Both the position numbers and the translations under genes were made by a program. This document shows positions 12,872 through 25,082 of a stretch of 64,000 nucleotides of DNA, piece after piece. The DNA is from Dimorphilus gyrociliatus (taxonomy: Eukaryota > Animalia > Annelida): contig CAJFCJ010000001.1 in assembly GCA_904063045.1 (NCBI GenBank), positions 2,232,001-2,296,000 on the forward strand, given 5' to 3'. Under the pieces are notes generated by a model that was given only the letters and a program-made list of their open reading frames with translations, was not told the origin of the DNA and did no database searches. Every line of letters starts with the position of its first letter. Position 1 is the stretch's first letter.

Positions 12872-13756
12872 GTTAGCACAATCTGAAAAATGCAGGGTAA
12901 TGACAGTTTACTCCTCTTAGATTAATTTTCCTTTTGTTCCAGATTGGGGACCACTTTGAAGCATATAAACAAAGAAACATGATACGTTGTCATGAGGTAA
13001 TGAGTTTTTTTCCAATTGAAAGAACAAACTAGCAAATTAACAGGTATAGCATGTATTGAAGTACAAAATTTCTTGTCCAGTGAAATTACCTCACACACTT
13101 GAGATCTTTTATTAATGAAAAAGAATTATCAAAGATAGTAATTATAGAAATAATTAACAGTTTATGAAAGCACCTAAGATGGAGATTAAGTTTATTGAAC
13201 CTCTATTGTAATTTTCATTAATGTATCCTCAAAGTAAATCTTCTTTTCAGTTAAATTACAAACATCGACATTTCTATTAAGGCCATTCATATGGCAATTA
13301 TTTTTAAAGATAGATATTTTTAAGTAATGCTGCAGAAAAGACAATGCTTCTACCCATTAGGAAAACTCTTTAATTTAATATAAAATTTATTGATTTTTTT
13401 TTTCAAATCATAGTATCATTAGGAAAAAATAGGTCTAAAGCGTTATGTACAAGGGGCAAAAGGACATAGTAAACAATTATGCGTAACATTTACATATAAT
13501 ATTTAATAAAGCATATATCCAGTAAAATATAAACGTATTCCTTAAAAAAAGAAAAAAGCAGCGATATTCTTTTCTCTTCATAAATTATAAAACGTTTAAC
13601 TAAAAAATGGATAATTAAGATTGTTTTTTTTAAAAAAAAATGGAATGAATAACAAAAAGTGAAAGTAATAGGGAAAGAGATGTTTCAATGAACAAAACGT
13701 AAAAATAAAAAAAAATCTAAATGAAGTTCAAGGACTTTTCGTTTTAAAAAAAATGC

Positions 13757-16700
13757 CTAACACAAAAATTCTTCTTTCTGTGATACATCGGGTTGTCCAG
13801 TTTGTGTTTGTACAAGGGCGTAATTTGCATCATCAAAATTTTCAGCACCCTTAGCTTCATTTGTCAAGTATTCTCCCTTATTCTTGGAGAAGTAACGGCA
13901 CGTGAGGAAGATGATAATAATGATTAGTAATAATACTCCTCCCAAAATGCCTGTACAAATAACAAGAGCCATTTTAATAATCTAAATTTGAAGTGAAAAA
14001 CATTTTTAAGACTATTATTTTCTTTCAAAAGACAACACTTTGCGATAGAAATACTGGGAAAGAGGCTAGGAAAATGAGAAAGAGATAAAGTGACAATTGA
14101 ATTCAAAGCGTATATAGAACTCTTTTCCATTTTAGTAATTCATCCATACCAGATTATTCCTAACGAGCATCACCGTTTAGCAATAATAATGACTGAGAAC
14201 GAAAAAAGACAACATATAAAGCAGTTAGTTTAAGCAACATACCAGCTAAAACAGCTTTTTCGCTATCGCTTAGTTCGGTATGTAATAAATCAAGTTTGCT
14301 AGTAGGAGTAGGTGTAAAACTTGACATTGTTACTCGGCTATGCCTGATCTCTTTCGGATCGGGAGGATGTGTTACCTCCTCAATCCCACAAGCATCCTCT
14401 TTTATACTACCTAATCAACAAACGATTAGAAATAAGCGTTAGAAAGCAACATGTTAATCAAGTTAATCATAAATCAAAGCACATTTCAACTAATTAACAA
14501 TGCAAAAAAGTTAGTAGCGGCAGCAGTTTCGAGAAGCAAAATTATCTATCGGCAGCCTAATTCTGGATTTCTAAACTTTTTAATACCTCCTAAAATCGCT
14601 TTTTCACTGTCGGACAATTCAGCCGGCTCGACATTTATATAAAACGATGTTGTTGTATTATAATTAATTGTTGGAGTAGGCCTAAATTCTGGATCGTCTG
14701 GTTTATGGGTAACTTCTTCAAAACCGCACATATCTTCTCTAACTTGGCCTTAAATTTTTCATTAACAAAATGATAAGTTGAATAAAAATAGATATAATGT
14801 AAAGCTATGCAAACTTTTATCGTTTTATCGATAATAGAAAAATTTAATAATATGCAAATAGAAAGGCTGTTACCTTCTGGAAAAACAACGACATTGTTTG
14901 GTGCTGGGTCTTGGAAGAGGTCTTTAAAAGGGAAAACATTGTCAAATCTTGCTCTGAACAGACAACCTTGCAAGCCGTCTGTTGACTTCATGTCGCTTGT
15001 TCTACCAAACCAAATATATTTAGGATTATGCAATCTTGTATCAGCATCAGGAGTAAGATCTGTCCATTCATGGGTTTTTGCTTGGTAATCATCTACCTTT
15101 ATGATTAATTTACGTCCTTTATTTGTTCTTCTGACGTTAACGACGTGTTGCTGGCCATTGGCTAAATCAACATCGGGTATATCCAAATTCACGTTTTCTC
15201 TTGGACCAAAGCCAACTTCGATACCAACTTGAATACCTCCGTTGTTGTTCATTTCAACACTGATATATTCTGGTTTGTCTTTATTACCATTTGTAATCTA
15301 TGGAATAACGTATCATCGTTTGAAACTTATTATATTTTTATTTTGTTAATATATAAATACCTGCATGAGAATTCCTTTCTTATCTTGGGTAGAAAATCCA
15401 ATAATAATTTGTTCTTCATCAGTCGCAATATTACCAGCTTCCGTATCAAATTGATATCGAACCCACCAACTGTTACGTAAATTGACACCCACTTCTCTTC
15501 CGCACGCCCATCCTCGATATGGGGTATAGGCACAATCGCATGTATAGTGGGAATAGAATTCCTTGCAAACGCCCTCATTCAAGCAGGGACTTGAAGCGCA
15601 TTTTGGATGGCAGCCAGCTGCTACACCATATGTAAATTCTCCTCTTTCAACGGCTCCTCTCATGTCCATTACTTTTCCATTTACCATTAAAGCCCTAATA
15701 CAGCCAACAAAACCATCTCTGTAATCTACCGAAGCTCCAACAACGAGCTTAGAATCCAACTCTAAAGTTTTAAAGCCCTGATCTGTCGGCTCATCTAGAG
15801 TTTTTAATGATTGTTGATCAATTCTAAGAACTGCTTGTTTACGGTTTCTTTCAACGTGAACTGTATGCCATTGGTTATCATTAAGTGGATAGGCTGTAGT
15901 CTTTTCCAAGGTTTGAATTCCATTTCCAACATCGAATCTAAAGTAATACATTTAAATTATTTAACAAGATAATCTTTTTCTTATAACTTACCGGAAATGA
16001 ATCGAGTTTCCGAAGAACAATTTGATTTCTATGAAGTGATGAGGTCCGGTGTTGTGAATGAGAATACCGTCAAAAGCTGTTGTCTTAAACTGGAAGCGAA
16101 TATCGCCGGATGTAGCAGCATCAAAAGTATCAAATTCAACGGTTGCGTCGGCTTTCCTAAATGTGACAGTGTTATCGAAAATATTATCTCCATAACATCG
16201 GAGTTCGCCAACTTGATATTTTCCCCATGTTCCATCGTTTACCATTCCAGTACCTCCAAATCTTACTTCCATAACGGGCAAATGCTCTTTTTGAGTTAGG
16301 AAACCTTCATCCGTTTCTACAGTACTATCATCAGCATCACAATTGCATTTTGGATTGTTGTTTCTGCAATTATTATCAATACCACACTTACATTTACCAC
16401 TTCCAGGCGAAGCTCCTCCCCAGTAGTTCATATTCAAGTTTGTCCTTCCAATCCACCAACCAAAGGTTGGAATATTTGGATCTGTTGAACCAGAGTTGGT
16501 CAATAGCTTCGCTCTCTTACACCTCCACTTAATATTCTGTTCGCATCTGTCAGCTCTAGCGACTAATTCATCAAATACTTCACGAGCAACTGGAAACTTA
16601 GTTGGATCATTACGATCAGAGTATCTTATTCTTTGAACAAATGATCCTGGTGAATCAAAGCCATCAACCAAGTGCTCGCCCATGTTATCGTGATATATTA

Positions 16701-19055
16701 TAGTCATGGCAAGATTTCGACTATGTTCAAAAACACATGTTACTGAAATTGGTGAGAGAGGACCAGAACCATCAATATCAATTTTAGTATCTAAATCAGG
16801 AATAGTAGGATTTAAAAGACGAACTTCTTCACAGCTTACTAAATATTTTGATCTATGGCATACAGAACCCTCATAGCCAGTTGCAGAACAGTCACAATCA
16901 AACATATTGTAGTCTTGGGTACAAATACCGTTATGCTCACATGGGTTGGGATCACATCTATCTTGAAGACTGCAAGAACCATTAATTGCTTCGAAAATCC
17001 TCTCTTCAGGTATATTAGTAACAATAGCTCCCTGAATTCTTAAAAACCTCATACAACCTAGAAAACCAGTATAATCCAAGTTCAAGTTGCTATCTTCAGC
17101 TCCACCTCCAATATAATATGTATCGTCAGTGGTGAAAGATAGTTGTCTTTCAGAAGAATCAGATCTTCCATCAATAGTGATATTGACTTTACCAAGTTCT
17201 GAACTGGATGGAGCTGATAGAATATCAACTATGACATCGTGCCAAAGACCGTCAGTAAAATAACGATGACTAGTTAAAGGATCTAAGTTTGCGATTACGC
17301 TTGATATTTCCGGATTGCTATCAGATTTAACTCTATACTCAAGATATCCCTCACTATCAATCCTCATAACAACATAGCCACCAGAATCTAATTTAGTAGC
17401 AAATAGCAGTCCATTCTTATTATAGGACCTGAAAGAGAAACCAACTTGCATTCTCAACTTGTTATCAGAGGCTCCAGCTGATAATTTTAAATGAGATTCT
17501 ACAGTTGGAAAAGTAAACGGTACTATACTTTCAACCAGACACGTTCCTAAGCTAATGTCTCCAATGGCTTGAAATCGTTTTTGGCCCATTCTCATATCCT
17601 TTATCATATTCATATAATTAAACCAAACATTTTCCATACAACCAGTAAAGTTTTTCTTGCTGTACAATACTTTTCCAGGTTGAAGAAAGGAATCAATACC
17701 TCCCAAATTAATCGATCTATCCAAGTCAAGTTGTAAAAATTCTCCATTTGTTATATTCTGTATTGTCAATCTGTCAACGGTGAAGTTAACTTCTCTGTTC
17801 ATACGGCTAATTTCAACATCATGCCATTGATTATCATCCAAGAGTGATCCGGCTCTCATGCTTGTTACGCCACTTTGAGTAGCTGTAGATCCCAAATCGA
17901 TATGAAAGTGTAATCGTCCCCTTACGAGCTCTAAAATTACGTAATCGCCTTGATTACCATCAGCGTAAAATATAAGACCATCGGAATGTAAAGTTCTGAA
18001 ACGAAGTTTCAGTCGATCGCTTTTCGTTTGAACATATTGTGTTTGACCAGAAATGTCGTAAGTTATTCTTGTTTTACCATCAAAACTTCCTGCTTCACCA
18101 TCAAATCTACATCCATATACTTCAACTCTCATTGATAAAAATTGATTCCATCTAAGTACAAACCAAAGAGTTGACAAAAATCAATTTATGTATTTTATCT
18201 CAATTACCTTTGCGGATTGAAACGAATATATCTGGCTACGAGAGGATAACTTAACTTGTTATATTTAACTGTATCGTCATCCAAATTTCCATCAAAAGAG
18301 AAAGGTGTGCCGTACTTGTTAGTATAATCACTCCACGTTTTATTATCGCTTGAATATTGCAGGTGGTACTCTGTTACGAATTCTCCAGAACCTCGACGGC
18401 CTTGGGTCGCAACCCTTGTCACAACATGTCGATATCCCAAATCTATTCCGAGATGCTGCAGTTTGTTCGGTTCTCCAGCAGTCCAAGCACCGCCCCCTAA
18501 ATTTTAACAATATGTTTGTATACTCAATAAATAAATATAAAGAATTCATGTTTTATTGGCAAATCAAAACAGTTTAATTGTTTTGAATTAGTCAGCTTTG
18601 CCCAAATATCTGATAGGCTATGCAAAAAAACACATTATAGGTACATATATCTAGAAGATGCCTAATTTGGTGGTAAAGTACCTATAAGGACCTTATTTAG
18701 GATTAGAGTTCGCTAATAACACCTGCACATAAAATTTCAAGGTAACACTTAAATATTTAGCGATTGGTTCACCTTTATATCCATTTAGGCGACCGTACCG
18801 AGCATCTCTGGCAATATTTGTGGAAGATGTTGACCACATATTTCTATCTGGGATATATTCCTTTTCGATTCCGACGGCTACAGCATACCTACATGGCTCA
18901 GTCATATCAATGTCTGGAAAAAAATATTTATCATCAATGGTGAATATGTGCAAATTGCAGTTCAAATGAATTATATTCAAAGACTTACCAGATTTGACAA
19001 CAATAATAGCTAAACTTAAGATTATTACTTTAAAACACATTTTTAAACGCTTCAT
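13757..19055 (-). CDS. Nrx-IV: Neurexin-IV / contactin-associated protein (Caspr/CNTNAP) orthologue, multi-exon
   Basis: Signal peptide, F5/8C discoidin ([16 protein letters not shown]...MRVEVYGC), LamG-LamG-EGF-fibrinogen-like-LamG-EGF-LamG, TM, band-4.1 motif ([10 protein letters not shown]), C-terminus EEFLC. Confidence 0.96.
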
Positions 19056-19977
19056 TTTATCTCCTTTTACCTGAGCAAAAAAGTTTTAGCAGACGAAGTC
19101 ATGTGATCAGTTTCAACCAATCATGACAGCTTTTATAAGAACTAACCAATAACCATCCTTCTTTCAAGTCTGTTATTCATTTCATTCATGTTCATTAAAA
19201 AAGTACCAAATAAATGAGTTATTAAAAGCAACTCAATAATTATTATAAGACGCTTTTACCTACAGTTTATGAAAATGTTCGTCGATCTAAAGCAATGGAA
19301 TACTGAATATAACTGTCATAGCTTAATAATAATATATTCACCTGTTAAGTGAAAGTAACAACGATACCTGTTGATAATTGACAAACCTGGTTTTTGCTAT
19401 ATTTAGAAATTTTATGTTTAATGTTTACACAGTTACTCTTTAAATTAGCTTTGTTAGTTAATATTTAAGTTAATATGTATGAACTTAGGATAGTCTCGTT
19501 TGTATTAATGAAATAGGTGATTCAAATTGTCTACATTAAGTATTTATCAACAAGTGATAAATTTAATATAGGTTAAGTAATCTTTACAAAAGGCATAAAA
19601 TTTAATGTGCTTATTTAGTACATTCGACTGAAACATAATTCAATTTTGGAACAAAATATCTAAATGTTAACAATTGATCATTATAGAGTAAAAGAAGATG
19701 TGATTGTATTTTTTTAACAGCTGTATTAGACGCCGGTGTATTTTAGCGGCCGGAAGTTATCACAGCGCGTTTTCGTATAAATAAGTTAACTTTAAAGAAA
19801 TTATCTATAGTTCTCTAATGCACAATTTATTCAAGGAATAGATAGAAAGTAATTTATCAGCTAATAAATTTTTCGGGGTAATCGATTATAATTATTTATA
19901 TAAGAATACACAAATCGATTAATCGGCTGGAATCGATTTTCGTCTAACGCTTTTAGGTACTGTACCTTATTTTCGTC

Positions 19978-22577
19978 ATGTCAGAACAACAAACCCCGCA
20001 ATCTTCGGATAATCCAGATCTTGGTACGATGATCCTTATATAAATTGAACTTTTTAAAAATTAAAACATCAGTTTTGTTAGAAATAACCGTTCAAAAGCA
20101 TCTTATTCCGCAAATACTGTACATTTTTACAATCTGTTTATTTATTTTCTTATTTTTAGAAAGTTAATCGCAATTTGAAACAATCTATATACCATGTTGT
20201 GCATTAAAATAATTATTATGTTATATGTACCTGTTAAAAAATTGTGAAAATTAAAGTTTAAAAAAAAAAGATTAATAATTTCAGTTGAAGGTTACAAGGT
20301 ATTAGGATAAACCTCTATTCTATTAAAAATACAAAGAAAGAACATTATTTTATCTCAGGGAAGGAGACAAAATCTAAAGATTTATGAGTATTTCTGTTAA
20401 TATATTGTAAATTGTATCACATTAAGCGGAATTTACTTAAGTAATGACTTGGGGAATTAAAAGTTATCAAATAAAGAGATCTTGTGCATCAATATCAGAA
20501 GTTTAACAAATATTTTATACTCTTAATCTAATTATATTATTGGATAGATAGAGATATGGTTATTCTACAATGCTAATATCCATATATTTAACATTAGTAA
20601 CTATATATATATACTGTTCTCAACAGGACGAAGAAGAGTATCAACGAGGTCAATAAAACGTAAAAAGTTCGACGATGAATTGGTCGAATCAAGTTTAGCC
20701 AAAACCGACCGAGCAGGCAGAGGAAAAGGGGGAGCTGAACCTAAAACCCCAACAACACCAGCAGCAACAACAACAGCAACAACAACAATAACACCATCAA
20801 CTAGTCAAGCTACACCCACAGCCACAACTATTTCTACGGAAGGAACTGTTAAAGCTGAGAGCCCAGGTGCTTCCACGCCAACGCCAGTTGTCCCAGTATT
20901 ACCTGCAAGCAGTCAAAATACTGAAAAGAAAAAAGTTTGTTTTAAAATTAATGTACTTCTATATATAAACTTTATAACCTTTTTATTACTAAAATTTAGC
21001 CAACGAACAAATCTATATCCGCACCGAAAAGGATAAGGAAATCAAAAGTATTATATTGAAGTCAATATTTATTATTATCTGTTAAAACGAATGCCTTATC
21101 TACTTTTAGAAACCACCAGCTTCCAGAAAAGATTTGGGAAGATGGAAACCCCAAGACGATTTAACACTTATCACAGCCGTACAGCAGGTTCTAAATCAAC
21201 GAAATTTGTATTATTATTAGTATTTAATTAGTTGACTTAACTGTTTTGTAACAGACAAACGACTTAAAGAAAGTCTATACGGCTGTTAAGTTTTCCTGCC
21301 AATTTAGTTACAGAGAAATTCAAGAAAGATGGTATCTTCTTCTATACGATCAGAAATTATCCAAGTAAGCTGCCATTGATTTGCTATTTATCTTTTAAAC
21401 TCTTAATTTTCAATAGGGTCGCTGTTAATGCAATGAAACAGTTACATCCTGAATTAGTTCAATCTATTATGGCAAAAACTCTATTTAGCGATAAAGAGGA
21501 AAAGCTGTTATCCGTTATACCCTCGGTAGTAAACATTACATTTGTAAACATACATATTTATTTAATGCGATATTATTGTTTCATTTGTTGTCTTATAATG
21601 CAGCAGTCTCAGCCAACACTTGAAGCGTTTCAAGAAATTTTAGAGCAAAATCGGCATATTTTCCATCCAGCAAGATCTGCCAAAGCTTTACACAATCATT
21701 GGTCTCTGATGAAATTTCATGATTTACTTCGTGATCAAAATGCCATAACGAAAAACAGTCTTGTTTGCACATTTTCAGATGCAGAAGAAATTGTTATGCA
21801 AGATGAGCATTTGTTGTAAGTATAAAGCGGATTCAATTATCTCACTGAAAGGATCTGACTATAAATTGCCCTATTTCTTTTTACGCTTATACCAGAGATG
21901 AAATTGATCAGGTTATTGACGAAGAGATGAAAATAGAACAACGAAATAAGATGAGAGAAATTAGGAAATTAAAAGAAGAAATTAATAAATTACAAGTACT
22001 AGTTGATTCAGTTATTGGTATCAACCCTGTGGATTTTGATTCCCAAACTTGGGCTGTTCTGAAAGGTCGATTAGTACGTTATTTAATGCGATCAAAAGAG
22101 GTATTAATTTTGTCGAGTTTTTTGCTTTTAGGTGAAACTAATAATTTCATTTAATTTATCAGATAACTATTGGTCGAAAAACTAGCGATAACTCAGTTGA
22201 TGTTGACTTGAATCTTGAAGGTCCATCCCATAAAATATCCAGACGTCAGGGAATAATTCAAATGAATGTAAGTATCTTTCTAGTTATATATCGATAGAGA
22301 CTAATTTACCTTTCTTATAGATTATGGGAGAATTCTATATTGCTAATGAAGGTAAAAGACCTATTTTTGTGGATGGTAGGCCTGTGTTAAGAGGTCATAA
22401 AACAAAATTAAATGACAATGCCACTATCGAGGTATATACATACTTTGCGGAAATGTATAAATAACCTAATTGTACGTTTTTTTTTTACTTTAGATCTCTT
22501 GCCTTAGACTTATATTCCTAATAAACGAAGATTTACTGAATAGTCTGAGATCAGATGTACAGAAACCATTTTTCTGA
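19978..22577 (+). CDS. MCRS1: Microspherule protein 1 (NSL/INO80 subunit, C-terminal FHA domain), multi-exon
   Basis: RSIKRKKFDDELVESSLAK, LGRWKPQDDLTLITAVQQ, KFSCQFSYREIQERWY, FDSQTWAVLKGRLVRYLMRSKE, ITIGRKT...KISRRQG (FHA). Confidence 0.95.
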
Positions 22578-22829
22578 TGAGTCCAACAAACATGTACAAA
22601 TATATAATTTCTCCTTCCATAATCATCATTATTATCATCGTTACCACCATCATCATTAATTTCTACACCTTCAAAATATACATAATATCCAGTTTTTTTA
22701 CTTGTATATATCTCAAGATTGTATATAGACTAGACTATAAATAGGATCAATTGTTTGATTTTTTTTCAGTTTATCTCTTCAAAAGAAATTTTTGTCGATA
22801 AATGAATTATATTTATGTACAATATATAT

Positions 22830-22833
<4 letters not shown>

Positions 22834-22884
<51 letters not shown>
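22834..22884. repeat. (TA)n microsatellite
   Basis: About 25 TA units downstream of MCRS1. Confidence 0.95.
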
Positions 22885-22891
<7 letters not shown>

Positions 22892-23429
22892 ATACGTAAT
22901 TGACAAAAGTAAAAAACCATATTATAAAGGGGTTCTATGTATTTCCTTTGCATTTAATAATGTGAGAAAACAATTATAAAAACAGATAAAACAATTAATA
23001 CAATATTATTTCCAGTTTTGTGTTCTTGTTGATTAAACATATAATTTTATAAATACATTTGCAGTAGACATTTACATTGAGTACTATATACATGTTTGTC
23101 TATTTTATAAATAATGATATACTCCTATAATTGACACATGCCGAATCAATTGTAAATGTTTAATAAGTTTGTTCTTTACTTTATTAAAAATTGGAGAATA
23201 ATTTGTATTAATATTGTATTAAAAAAAAGAGAGTATCTTGTAAAGAACTCAATCAATATAGTAGGTTTTAAACGTAGTTGTTAAATGTCAAGGTTAATTT
23301 GAGGAAGTCTAAGGAAAAGAGCAAGATAGATAAATTAAATATTTTGGGAATTTCTCTTTGAATTATTTTTAAATTATTGATTCATTTTAATATTCATTAG
23401 CTATTTAATATTTATATTATTTCAAAGCA

Positions 23430-24657
23430 ATGAATGATAAAGAATTAAATAACTTTTTTACGCATAATCTTATTTTGTTATGTCAGTACGCTTTTGAAAA
23501 TGAAACCAAATTTTCCATTTCCGGTACTATTGGTATAAAGTTAGAAAAGAGTGAACAAATTATGATAAATATTGAAGAAGATGTTGTTAATGAGTCTATA
23601 AAAGCATTTGATACTCCTTCTTCGGAATATGGACAATCGTTGTCTTTTATAAAAGGATACCATTTATTAAATACTTCATCAATCAGTACCATTGATGCTT
23701 CAACTAGAGGAAAACTATCGAATATAGGCAGAACACCTTGTCATAATAACTTTGTAACTTCTACACCAGCCTATGCTCTTACTAAAGGATTTAACATTAA
23801 GAACAGTTTATCGAGAATGGAGGATTGCAGTATGAATTCAAAATTCGATGACAATGAATCCAAAGACGATAGACCAGACTTTAACGATGAAACTGTCTTT
23901 TCTCAACAGAAAGATATGAAATTCGATGGAGATATAACAAAGAAACCTTTGTCTCGAAGTCGCCTTGGTAATAAAGTTATCAATGTGTTTTATATAACAT
24001 TTCCTTGGTAAAATTTAATTCCTTATTTTTTATCCCATTCATTAGAGTCTATAGATGTTAGCTTAGAAGAGATGAAATTATATATTGAAAAGATCAAATT
24101 ATTAAATTTGCCATGCGATTCTGTTGAGGATTTTCACAAAGCTGAAGATTTACTCTTAAAGGAAAATCTTAGTAAAATATTGGTAAGTGTAATGCTTATT
24201 TTTAAATAATACGAAAATAAACAATTATAAATTTTAACACAGAAAAAATGGCTTATGATTGAAGAAGGAGATGAAATTGGTCAACTTACAAGATGTATAT
24301 TAAGCCGTCTAATTGGACCAAATTTAGCAAAACAAATGAATAAAGGAAAGGTAGCTAACATTGCGAAATTAGACAGCCAAACTGGAAAATTACTTTTTAC
24401 TGGAACAAAATTTTATAAACCCGTTTACAGTACGTAAAGCATACGTATACTAATATATAGTTACTAATATTAATACCCTTACTATATTTCTATTAGCTGC
24501 CATAATGAAGCATCCTTCTCTGCTACAAATGAGAGATTATGAAAAGCATTTAGCTATAAATAGAGAAGTTGAACTTTGGTTTTTCAAAATGAATGAAAAA
24601 GTTTCAAGAAAAGCTATTGAATATCCAAATAACGCAGCCCAATTTTGCTACGATTGA
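23430..24657 (+). CDS. Uncharacterised protein with C-terminal DUF4806/BEN-like helical domain; 4 exons
   Basis: Exons joined at GT-AG sites in consistent phase. C-terminal part reads LPCDSVEDFHKAEDLL...GQLTRCILSRLIGPNLAKQMNKG...KLLFTGTKFYKPVYTAI...VELWFFKMNEK. Domain call is by visual pattern only. Confidence 0.65.
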
Positions 24658-25082
24658 CGATATTCTTTAATATTCCAATCTAAAGTCTTCCATAAATTTA
24701 TTTTAAATATATGTATAAGCGTGCGAACGTGATAAATGTTTTATATAACAGTATCTATACAACTATATTTTACAGCTGATTGATTTTAAACGTTTTTCCC
24801 TTCCTGTATTATATATTTTCAATGAATACATTAAACTATTTACTTTTCTTTTAAACGTCTTTTCAAACTATTTACTACTAAACAAAAAGTTAATATTTTT
24901 CTATCATTCATTTGGAATTATGAAAAACTTATATTGCTTGTATACTTCTCGATTTAACATTCTGTCAAAATAAAAAAAAAAGCTAATCGTTCCATAAACC
25001 CTTTTTATATATGTTTAAGATAGTTTCTATACTTATGTTAATTAGTTTATACATTTTAATGGTAATAATATAAACAAAAAGT

